The notes beneath the pieces are model-generated. The model ran no database searches. It was not told the DNA's origin and saw only the letters and a program-made list of their open reading frames with translations. A stretch of 20,000 nucleotides of DNA. Origin: an uncultured virus (IMG/VR IMGVR_UViG_3300007747_000151). Its lineage: Duplodnaviria > Heunggongvirae > Uroviricota > Caudoviricetes. The position numbers were made by a program, and so were the translations under genes. Below are positions 12,001-17,744 of the stretch, in pieces. Positions within the stretch are counted from its first letter, which is position 1. Each line of letters opens with the position of its first letter. The stretch lies in IMG/VR virus record IMGVR_UViG_3300007747_000151; one strand, given 5' to 3'.

Positions 12001-15000
12001 CTGCGTTACCGGGTAGCGTTGCGCCCACTCAGACCTGGACGGAGAAAAAATACCGCTGGACGGTCCCGGCTAACTTCCCGCGCGGATATATGCGCCCGTT
12101 CCTGCAGGTGAACCAGAACGCGCCGTATGGCTCCGTATGGTATGCAACTGATTTCCACTGCCGGGAGATCACCGCCGCGCAGGGTGCGCAGACTGCTGCC
12201 GACGCTGCCGCCGGTGCTGTGACCCAACTGGATGCGAAAGTGACGCAGCAGGGCAACACCATTACCAGCCTGGGCCAGGCGATTACGGCCATCACTGGTC
12301 GGGTGTCGAACCTTGAATCCGGGCAGAGCGCGAACAGCAGCGCAATTCAGTCCCTGACGCAACGAACCACGGCAGCGGAAGGGAAAATTGAAACGAACAG
12401 CCAGGCGATCACCTCCGTCACCGGCGCGGTGAATGCGATGCTCAATCGCGGCGAGAACCTGGCAAACGATTTTAATTTTATGAGCGGATCGGCGCTGTGG
12501 GGTGTCCAGGGGAATACGCGTAACAAGGTGGAGTTTGGCGACTTTGGCGACGGTAAACCCGGCGTCCAGATGACGCAGCTCGACAGCACGTTGTATACCG
12601 GCCTCTTTGCTAACCAGAAAGCGCCGCTGCCACACAATACCCCACGCCGCTACCAGGTCATCGTTAAGGCGAAGGGCGTATCCGGCGCGAGGAATTTCAT
12701 GGTTCGCCGGTTTAACTACCTGGGGAATGTGGCCGGGACTTATGAAAACTGCCAGTTCTCCGCCACGGATACCTGGGCGACGTACGCCGCTGAGTTTAGC
12801 GCGCCATCGTCGGCGACAGTGGATGGTTCTGTTTTTGCGCTCTACTGCTACCCGAACGCGTCGGTCATTCAGATTGATTACATCGCCATCTATGACATCA
12901 CCGATGCGGTGGCCATCGATGCGAATACGTCTGCGGTCACGCAGCTGCAGCAGACGGTCACGCAGCAGGGCCAGGATATTGCTGCGAATGCCAGCGCCAC
13001 GACCGCCGTTTCTGCAAGCCTGAATGCAGCAATGGCTGACGTGGATAACAAAATCACGGGCAACCTGATTTTAAACGGGGGATTCGAGCGCGACTTCACC
13101 AACTGGACCGCGCCAGCACAGGCGACAGTGATGTCGGCGCAGAATCCACACAGCGGCAAAAAAATCGTGAAATATGTGGCCGCTACCACCACGACTCTTT
13201 TGTCGAATGACACAGTTATTACTGCCGTTAAGGGCAGAACGTACAAGTTTGGTGCGTGGCTACGGGCTAAGGCCGGTTCGACTATGCAGCCTAACACGCA
13301 GCAGAATAACAAGGTTCGATTTGCATACCTCGATAACTCTGTAATCCTCGAGGCGCGCTTCGACCCGGCCACAATGCCTACTGGCAGCGTATGGCAGGAG
13401 TACAGCAACACGTACACCGCCACTAAGGACGGCACCATGTCGGTCAGCATCAACGCGTTTTTGAATGCAGGCGAAATTTATATCGACGATGTGTACGTTA
13501 TCGATATTACTGACCGGGTCGAACTCGATGCCACGGCTGGCGCTGTATCTAACCTGCAGTCGACCGTGACACAGCAGGGAAAAGATATTGCCTCTAATGC
13601 CAGCGCGATCACGTCGGTCAACGCTTCAATCGGTGCGCTGCAGAGCCAGGGATTAAACCCCTGGTGTGATGGTTCCTTTGAGTCATACACCGCAAACCAG
13701 CAACTGGGCAGCAGCTCGCTGGCGCGCGTCTCGACAGATGTTTACCGCAATGGCCAGAAGTCGCTCAAAATCACGCGTAACAACGGCGAGAACGGCAACA
13801 GCGACAAGATGATCGGAAACTGGCTTGCTGTTCGCGGTGGCGGTAAGTATCGGTTTTCTCTCTGGGCTTACATGGCCAGTGATATGTCGACACCGAACGG
13901 CTGGAATGTGTCTGTCGGCCTCTTTGCTCGCGGAGAGAATGGCGGCGCAAACCAGTGGCCGGAAGCCGTCCGTATCTCCGAGACAAACATCTCGCGCGGC
14001 AAATGGGTTCTCCTGACGGGAGTAGCGACCGTTGGTGCCGACCGGAGCATTGCGCAGATGTGGATCTCCACCAGGGGGCCGAACGGTGGAGCCGGTTATT
14101 CGCTGTATCTGGACGATATCAGCATTGTCGATGTGACCGACGCACAGGAGGCGCAGGATACCGCCACTGGCGCCGCGAACGCCGTTACCCAGCTGACTGC
14201 TACCGTGACCCAGCAAGGGAAGGATATCACCGCGCAGGCAGGGCAAATCACCAGCCTCGGCTCGCGTGTGGGTGATGCAGAGTCGCGTATCACGAAGCAG
14301 GACGAAACCATTGCATCTAACGGCCTGGCGATGGCGAACGGCTTTAACCAGATTCGCAGCATGATTGGCGACAATAGCGCGGCAATCACCACGACGAACA
14401 AAACCGTTGCCGACCTGGAAAAATCAACCACGGAGCAAATCACCACGCTGACCTCGCAGGTCGGGGATATGTCTGCAACCGTTCAGCAGACGGCATCCAC
14501 CGTGGCGGATTTAAACGGCCAGTTGGGAGCGCAGTGGGGCGTGAAGGTCAGCACGTCTTCAGGTGGAAATAACTACGTGGCTGGTCTTCAGCTGGGGATT
14601 AATGGCAGCGGCCAGTCACAGTTCCTGGTCCAGGCTGATACGTTTGGCGTTTATGTGCCTAACGGCGATCAAAAAAATATGGTCTTCGGTATCGACGGGA
14701 ACGGCGCTTATTTTCAGCAGGCGATGGCTCGTAACCTGGTTATCGATTTCGCGCAAATCTCCGACAACATCCGCTCGACGAACTACCAGCCAGGCCAGGC
14801 GGGTAAAGGGTGGAGCATCTCGAAAGGCGGCGGCGCGGAGTTCAACGACGTAACGGTCCGCGGTAGGGTATTCGCGACGGACGGCGTATTTACCGGCACC
14901 GTACGTGCCAATGATGGTTACTTTAACGGCACCGTGTACGCGTCGCGGATCGAGGGTGACGTTGGCTCGTTCGCAATCAACTGTTACAAGGCCACGTACA

Positions 15001-15446
15001 ACCGTGTGCCAAAAGCAACATGGCAGTGGTGGGATCTTCTGCGTATTCGTAAGCAGGGATTTGATCAAGTAGTCGATATCAAAGGCGCATTACGTCAGGC
15101 GGATAAGTACGGCGACCTTCGTGCTGGTATGTCTTATCAGTCCGGCGCGGATGGCGGACTCAATCCGGGCTACGTAGGGTACGCAATACTTATGCGCCCA
15201 GGTGGCGATACTTCCGGCGGTGGGCCGATGACAACGGCGATATCTATTGACGGACAAATATTTTGGTCGTCAAAGGAAGGGTACGCGACGATAGAAAGTC
15301 TCCGCTTTATTGTACCGGCTGGAACTGGTGATGCGATTGTCCGCTTCGGATGTTATCTCGACCGTAACGGTTCAATGGAACTTCGTACTTTGATGCGCTT
15401 CGACGCTTTTGTCGCGCGCAACAGTAACGCGATAAGCCTACTTTAA
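6093..15446 (+). CDS. Tail tip / host-specificity protein J (central tail fibre), giant multi-module variant
   Basis: Lambda J-like N-terminus ('KGRKGGSS', 'LGEGE', 'LRYPNTAL', 'WTDNPAWIFYD', 'GCTRQSEAHRKGLW'). FN3-like region at about 7950-8520. Coiled-coil linkers alternate with about 150-aa beta-rich modules from about 9010 to 14140. DUF1983-like 'QFLVQADTFGV...IRSTNY...GWSISKGGGAEFNDVTVRG' at about 14480-14880, then a distinct C-terminal domain. 3117 aa, uninterrupted. Confidence 0.95.
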   Translation: MANIIKGRKGGSSKQRTPTEQPDDLQSIAKAKILVALGEGEFAGSLTGKDIYLDGTPIENADGSQNFSGVAWEFRPGTQAQNYIQGIPGTENEISVGTDISSQTAWTHTFTNTQLSAIRLRLKWSALFTQEDDGDLVGNTVKYAIDLQTDGGSWQTVVDTAVTGKTTSGYERSHRIDLPRAGATWTVRLRKLTPDANSAKIGDNMALLSYTEVIDAKLRYPNTALLYIEFDSSQFNGSIPQISCEPRGRVIRVPDTYDPETRSYTGTWTGSFKWAWTDNPAWIFYDLVVSDRFGLGNRLTAANIDKWMLYQVAQYCDQLVPDGKGGDGLEPRYICNVYIQDRNAAYTVLRDFAAIFRGMTCWNGQQIIALADMPRDIDFTYTRANVIDGKFRYSSSTSKTRYTNALVSWSDPANAYSDAMEPSFVKELVARYGFNQLELTAIGCTRQSEAHRKGLWGILTNNKDRMVTFDVGLDGKIPQPGYVIGVADEMLAGKVNGGRISKVDGRVIILDRDIDANAGDRLQVNLPSGTSQSRTIQSINGRRQVTVTTAFSETPEAESVWAIESDDLFLQQYRVVGVKDNNNGTYTITGTSHDPDKYARIDTGAIIDQRPVSVVPPGNQAPPDGILLTSFSVVNQGIIVETLQANWDAVQNAIAYEAQWRRNDGNWINVPRSSTTSFEVSGIYAGRYLVRVRAINAAEISSGWAYSEEKTLTGKVGEPLPPLALTTVSLTAGIEIRWEFPAGADDTQRTELQYSPDQSGNGAMPLTDLAYPGKQYQQMGLQIATQFWYRARLVDRLGNASPWTDWVHGMASDNVSDYYQQLDDALKGSDTYEELNKGIQDNSAAADAAQQAADAAQGTADQAAKDVAAQGAIVTQQGKDLAANIAKTNDTTNKLAQEVKDRAAGDTATAQKAASDTAAAVAKAETDDAAVAKQAADNLLSAKREVEAAIETTNVTMQNGFDSLAQQMASISAGTGEQFDSLKIWYFDKDNEGWSSDDGGTKPLPTTDDGWILPADAISTMRSPSGAGTLIDGSAYKYLRLRIKKVGNPAWGGRLYWIGADETGWTEGRRLVLPAPDFDPATGISTIAIPDIPWQASGTIRRLRLDFSQGGAADADNYYAVDWLAVGRPTPGASQAQIQDLKTAMTAADSAEALARNQLAVQLRGNEEGTDPNKLVSGLIFEERKIRVTAEKAIGSRVDTLRVDYDKSTAAATQRMDTLASDLQSTASKTDQVAADLVSANGVIAGHTLAIQKIEGDVQTIDGKVQANASQIAGVESKVDNIRIGGVNLIPNSGELTGKSPSATERYRGNAVRILTRAAGATDFAVLDYTLAAPVDGTEYVLSFYAKAKTDKTPVRCFLNTPDATIRAETSQGVIVERPAGYNGDVTVTLSTSWSRYWVKYKRKPGLSGTAYLVVARLDGAAAAREAWISSPMFESGNIVSDWSQAPADSASSDAVQQLTTRVTTAENTLATTAQQTTALKSQITTGNLLLNGDLINKADNWQLSGTGAGAPVYDAVMKGLTTTEPAMRIANGTKIPVEAGQVLTLTFGFKTDDATISIGTQNFTMGLIENWGDPTNWLVQDNTWFAGITTGYQTRTLTFTIPNDFKGRWCYLRMACGGWTPSTARVYLQGFMLTASNGIAGKADASAVQDLQSQVTKNGDDIATNASAITSLGGRIDATNAEVAKKATTAALDSLKATVTQQGKDITAQAERTTALTNTVNQNKQNADSAIAANGQAISGLSQTVSQQGDRITSQGQQITQVSNKVDTVNTDLGKRIDQKADNKTVQDLSATVTQQGKDITAANQAITSLKGRVSTVEEGLAKAATADAVSKLDTRVTNAEGKIESQGTAITGINVALNSQTAAGGDYILNPTFDPAYPSMGFTRRDTVDSNDDDGIPYDADIPAGAPRRYVARLASRDHQLNTPPWPVKAGQVFEISVWVAAKAGSNAAFNMYIGSATGPNTGAVAYAALPGSVAPTQTWTEKKYRWTVPANFPRGYMRPFLQVNQNAPYGSVWYATDFHCREITAAQGAQTAADAAAGAVTQLDAKVTQQGNTITSLGQAITAITGRVSNLESGQSANSSAIQSLTQRTTAAEGKIETNSQAITSVTGAVNAMLNRGENLANDFNFMSGSALWGVQGNTRNKVEFGDFGDGKPGVQMTQLDSTLYTGLFANQKAPLPHNTPRRYQVIVKAKGVSGARNFMVRRFNYLGNVAGTYENCQFSATDTWATYAAEFSAPSSATVDGSVFALYCYPNASVIQIDYIAIYDITDAVAIDANTSAVTQLQQTVTQQGQDIAANASATTAVSASLNAAMADVDNKITGNLILNGGFERDFTNWTAPAQATVMSAQNPHSGKKIVKYVAATTTTLLSNDTVITAVKGRTYKFGAWLRAKAGSTMQPNTQQNNKVRFAYLDNSVILEARFDPATMPTGSVWQEYSNTYTATKDGTMSVSINAFLNAGEIYIDDVYVIDITDRVELDATAGAVSNLQSTVTQQGKDIASNASAITSVNASIGALQSQGLNPWCDGSFESYTANQQLGSSSLARVSTDVYRNGQKSLKITRNNGENGNSDKMIGNWLAVRGGGKYRFSLWAYMASDMSTPNGWNVSVGLFARGENGGANQWPEAVRISETNISRGKWVLLTGVATVGADRSIAQMWISTRGPNGGAGYSLYLDDISIVDVTDAQEAQDTATGAANAVTQLTATVTQQGKDITAQAGQITSLGSRVGDAESRITKQDETIASNGLAMANGFNQIRSMIGDNSAAITTTNKTVADLEKSTTEQITTLTSQVGDMSATVQQTASTVADLNGQLGAQWGVKVSTSSGGNNYVAGLQLGINGSGQSQFLVQADTFGVYVPNGDQKNMVFGIDGNGAYFQQAMARNLVIDFAQISDNIRSTNYQPGQAGKGWSISKGGGAEFNDVTVRGRVFATDGVFTGTVRANDGYFNGTVYASRIEGDVGSFAINCYKATYNRVPKATWQWWDLLRIRKQGFDQVVDIKGALRQADKYGDLRAGMSYQSGADGGLNPGYVGYAILMRPGGDTSGGGPMTTAISIDGQIFWSSKEGYATIESLRFIVPAGTGDAIVRFGCYLDRNGSMELRTLMRFDAFVARNSNAISLL
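8713..14232 (+). repeat. Dispersed intragenic repeat encoding (T/V)V(T/S)QQG(K/D/N/Q)(D/R/T)(I/L), consensus about GTSACSCAGCAGGGYAAGGAYATT
   Basis: Copies seen near 8713, 11190, 11328, 11472, 12240, 12957, 13566 and 14205, plus a variant 'QVTKNGDDI' near 11055. All lie in the coiled-coil linkers of J. Confidence 0.85.
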
Positions 15447-15447
15447 C

Positions 15448-15479
15448 AGGAGGGGTCCTTCGGGACCCTTAACAATATG
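15448..15479 (+). promoter_or_regulatory. Structured ribosome-binding site: SD (AGGAG), cUUCGg hairpin, then ATG
   Basis: AGGAG at 15448-15452; GGGTCC-TTCG-GGACCC at 15453-15468; 8 nt (TTAACAAT); ATG at 15477. No U-tract after the hairpin and no other SD near the ATG. Confidence 0.65.
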
Positions 15480-16610
15480 GCGATAATTAGTGACGAATTA
15501 GCGGCCAGCATCCAGAAATGTTTCGACCGCACTTATGTGGATTTAGCAAATCAACAGCAGTTTTTATTTGGAGCCGGGAACGTGACGGTCACGAAGCCGG
15601 ACGGTACAACGGGGACGGTAAAATCGTGGGCGCAGTTCCTGAGCGAATACGCCACGCGACAGCAGAACATCGACACAGCGCTGAAGGACGTAGCGAAGAC
15701 GACGGCGACCAACACGTGGACGCAGGCGCAGACGTGGAATGTAAGCAGCACCTTTAAAAACAACCTCACGGTCGACAAGAACCTAACGGTTAACGGAAAT
15801 TTAAACGGCGTACAGATTGCCGGGTCTCATATCGAGCTAACCGCACCAACGCCTTACATTGATTTTCACTATGGCAATAGTACGGCTGACTACACGCATC
15901 GCATCATCGCCGAAGACGGCGCGCTTGCCGTATCACCTGGCTGGCGTGTATACGGTAATCAGCGGACGTTTGGGGCTAACACTGTCGACGGCAATATTTG
16001 GTGGGGGTTCGTAGCTACGCGATTTGACGAACCTGGCGCACCGGCTATCGGTACTCTTATCAACTCCCCTAACATGACATGGCGGTTCAAACAGCGAGGC
16101 GCAGACAGTAAAGGCGCAGAGGCCGGAATGGCGGCGGCGTATTTTGAGGAACAGGTGGGAACAAACCACCGATTAGCGATCACCGTTCAGGGGTTCAACG
16201 CTAACCAGCAGTGGTGGCAGTTCCTGAGCGACGGCAGGATCTACAGCAGCCAGAACGGTAACGTCCAGTTCCAGGGAACGTCCGACGCGCGCATGAAGCA
16301 TGACATTAAACCGACGGACGGACAGCTATCTGTCGACCGCATCCGGGCGCTTGAGCTGGTGACGTTCGTCTATAACGACGACGAGCAGGGAAGGACGCGC
16401 CGGGGAATTATCGCGCAGCAGGCGCGGGACGTTGATCCACAGTATGTGAAGCAGGTTAACACGGCATACATGCGCAACGGTGAACGGGTGGATGACGACC
16501 GCCTTCAGTTAGATAATAACGTGATAATGATGGACACACTGGCTGTGGTACAAGTATTGATTAAGCGAGTAGACGAACTGGAGGATAGATTGAATAAAAT
16601 TTCAGATTAA
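15477..16610 (+). CDS. Tail fibre protein with C-terminal intramolecular chaperone (peptidase S74)
   Basis: N-terminal 'GAGNVTVTKPDGTTGTVKSW' attachment-type motif, fibre motif 'TPYIDFHYGNSTADYTHRII', autocleavage motif 'SDARMKHDI' (Ser codon 16281-16283), 'RRGIIAQQ' and a terminal coiled coil. Confidence 0.9.
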   Translation: MAIISDELAASIQKCFDRTYVDLANQQQFLFGAGNVTVTKPDGTTGTVKSWAQFLSEYATRQQNIDTALKDVAKTTATNTWTQAQTWNVSSTFKNNLTVDKNLTVNGNLNGVQIAGSHIELTAPTPYIDFHYGNSTADYTHRIIAEDGALAVSPGWRVYGNQRTFGANTVDGNIWWGFVATRFDEPGAPAIGTLINSPNMTWRFKQRGADSKGAEAGMAAAYFEEQVGTNHRLAITVQGFNANQQWWQFLSDGRIYSSQNGNVQFQGTSDARMKHDIKPTDGQLSVDRIRALELVTFVYNDDEQGRTRRGIIAQQARDVDPQYVKQVNTAYMRNGERVDDDRLQLDNNVIMMDTLAVVQVLIKRVDELEDRLNKISD

Positions 16611-16684
16611 CCTGAATATACTCCAGCTGTTCTTTGGCGTTTGGGCTGCTGTGTACTGGAGTATTTGAGTTAAGCATAGGAGTT

Positions 16685-16861
16685 TTAGTGCAGAGTATGT
16701 GGCGCTCCTTGCTGAAATGCGACCCAAGTAATTTCACCTTTTTCAAGTTTCACTATCAGCTCGCATTCAGTAGTAGGTAGAACCAGACCTTTTTTCCTAA
16801 GATATTCAGTTAATTTTTTTGTCATTTCTTCAAGTTGCTTAGGGTCGTTTTCGTCTTTCAT
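16685..16861 (-). CDS. Small hypothetical protein (58 aa), translationally coupled to the dinI-like gene
   Basis: ATG at 16861-16859 overlaps the dinI TGA (ATGA). Sequence MKDENDPKQLEEMTKKLTEYLRKKGLVLPTTECELIVKLEKGEITWVAFQQGAPHTLH looks like a helix plus beta-hairpin. Confidence 0.6.
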   Translation of the reverse strand: MKDENDPKQLEEMTKKLTEYLRKKGLVLPTTECELIVKLEKGEITWVAFQQGAPHTLH

Positions 16862-17100
16862 TCTTCCCCCAGCCACATATCTGCTTCTTCAAACATTTCT
16901 TGAATAGCTGCACTAATCCTTTCTTTTTCGTGTTTGCTTGCATCAGTGTTGATAGCGGGTAATGACATCATTGGCTTTACCCTAATATCAGCATCAGGAA
17001 AGATGCGATGTATGCGCTTGGTTAGTTCGCCATGGATTAGCGCTTTCGCATCTGGCAGGCCTTCGAAGTTTCTTTTGTCGTAGATGAGTTCAACAAACAT
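16858..17100 (-). CDS. DinI-family protein (prophage-encoded, 80 aa)
   Basis: MFVELIYDKRNFEGL...ELTKRIHRIFPDADIRVKPM...IQEMFEEADMW matches the DinI/MsgA-family pattern. GAGGAG SD at 17112-17107; LexA boxes immediately upstream. The ORF track's longer start runs through the SOS boxes. Confidence 0.9.
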   Translation of the reverse strand: MFVELIYDKRNFEGLPDAKALIHGELTKRIHRIFPDADIRVKPMMSLPAINTDASKHEKERISAAIQEMFEEADMWLGEE

Positions 17101-17114
17101 GGATATCTCCTCTT

Positions 17115-17134
17115 TACTGTGTATATATACAGTA
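17115..17134. promoter_or_regulatory. LexA (SOS) box 1
   Basis: TACTGTGTATATATACAGTA = CTG-N10-CAG, close to the consensus TACTG(TA)5CAGTA. Confidence 0.92.
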
Positions 17135-17138
17135 TATA

Positions 17139-17158
17139 TACTGTATTTATGTACAGTG
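17139..17158. promoter_or_regulatory. LexA (SOS) box 2
   Basis: TACTGTATTTATGTACAGTG = CTG-N10-CAG, offset 24 bp from box 1. Confidence 0.88.
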
Positions 17159-17179
17159 TCAAGTTCAGGAGTCAGTATC

Positions 17180-17572
17180 ATGGGATTTCCATCACCAGCG
17201 CAAGACTATGAAGATAAGGGAATATCTCTTGATGAGCGGTTTATAAGAGACCCGTCTGCAACGTACTTTATGCGAGCAGCAAGTACCTACTATCAAGCGG
17301 GGATCATTCAGGGGGCTTTACTTGTAATCGATTCTTCGCTGAGCCCATGTGATGGTTCGTTACTCATTTGCGCGGTCGACGGTGAGCTTAAGATAAAGAG
17401 ATACAGAGTGATGCCTCGACCTTATCTGGAAGATCTGCAGACAGGGAGAAGGGAAGAGATACCTAGAGACAATGACGATGGCTACAGTAACCAGCGCGCT
17501 GTATTTGGAGTCATTACTTATATTATCAATGATGCACGTTTGGGGGAGTTTGATGATTGCCCTGTTATGTGA
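17180..17572 (+). CDS. UmuD'-like protein (HumD-type, S24-family fold, 130 aa)
   Basis: Starts MGFPSPAQDY after a CAGGAG SD (17166-17171). Aligns by eye to UmuD from its cleavage site: GFPSPAADY, 'PSATYF', 'GALLVID', 'AVDGELKIKRY', 'VFGVITYII'. The catalytic GDSM motif is not recognisable. Confidence 0.88.
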   Translation: MGFPSPAQDYEDKGISLDERFIRDPSATYFMRAASTYYQAGIIQGALLVIDSSLSPCDGSLLICAVDGELKIKRYRVMPRPYLEDLQTGRREEIPRDNDDGYSNQRAVFGVITYIINDARLGEFDDCPVM

Positions 17573-17584
17573 ATTTTGACGGGA

Positions 17585-17615
17585 TTTCACCCCAGTTTCA
17601 CCCCAATAACTCCCC
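17585..17615. repeat. Direct repeats TTTCACCCCA x2 plus a degenerate third copy: probable integrase arm-type sites
   Basis: TTTCACCCCA at 17585-17594 and 17596-17605 (11-bp period), then ATAACTCCCC. About 100 bp from the att core, on the phage side. Confidence 0.65.
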
Positions 17616-17632
17616 GTATGAAAAACAGGCAC

Positions 17633-17662
17633 AAAAAAAACAGCCATAAGAGGCTGGTTTTT
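17633..17662. terminator. Bidirectional terminator-like hairpin downstream of the tRNA fragment and the umuD'-like gene
   Basis: A8-CAGCC-ataaga-GGCTG-GTTTTT; T-tracts follow on both strands. Confidence 0.6.
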
Positions 17663-17672
17663 CAAAGGTTTT

Positions 17673-17717
17673 TGGTCGGCACGAGAGGATTTGAACCTCC
17701 GACCCCCGACACCCCAT
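17673..17717 (-). mobile_element. Prophage att site: 3' 45 nt of tRNA-Pro(GGG) (proL type), anticodon loop to CCA
   Basis: Reverse complement reads ATGGGGTGTCGGGGGTCGGAGGTTCAAATCCTCTCGTGCCGACCA, matching positions 32-76 of enterobacterial tRNA-Pro(GGG) as recalled. Identity starts exactly at the 7-nt anticodon loop. The 5' half of the tRNA is absent, so this is not a functional tRNA. Confidence 0.9.
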
Positions 17718-17744
17718 ATCGGCGAGTAGTTAAGCCTTTGCCAA

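Larger units (their letters stand above)
1..17717 (+). mobile_element. Lambdoid prophage, right portion (tail operon to att)
   Basis: H-M-L-K-I-J-fibre synteny, then dinI/humD accessory genes, arm repeats and a tRNA-derived att core. Confidence 0.93.

Noticed and set aside
8713..14232. J repeats as a CRISPR-like array
   Set aside because: The repeats are degenerate, in frame within a CDS, irregularly spaced by hundreds of bp, and there are no cas genes.
273..15068. Many 60-225 aa antisense or alternative-frame ORFs overlapping H, L, K and J (for example 8546-9178, 9807-10466, 10973-11650, 12006-12635)
   Set aside because: They are shadow ORFs expected opposite GC-rich, Ala/Thr/Gln-rich genes; no recognisable motifs or independent translation signals.
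6093..16610. Diversity-generating retroelement or invertase shufflon acting on the tail fibres
   Set aside because: No reverse transcriptase, no template/variable repeat pair differing at adenines, no invertase and no inverted cassette seen in the window.
17084..17181. Longer starts given by the ORF track for dinI (17181) and the umuD'-like gene (17084)
   Set aside because: These extensions run through the SOS boxes and overlap each other. Good SD sequences support ATG 17100 (minus) and ATG 17180 (plus).
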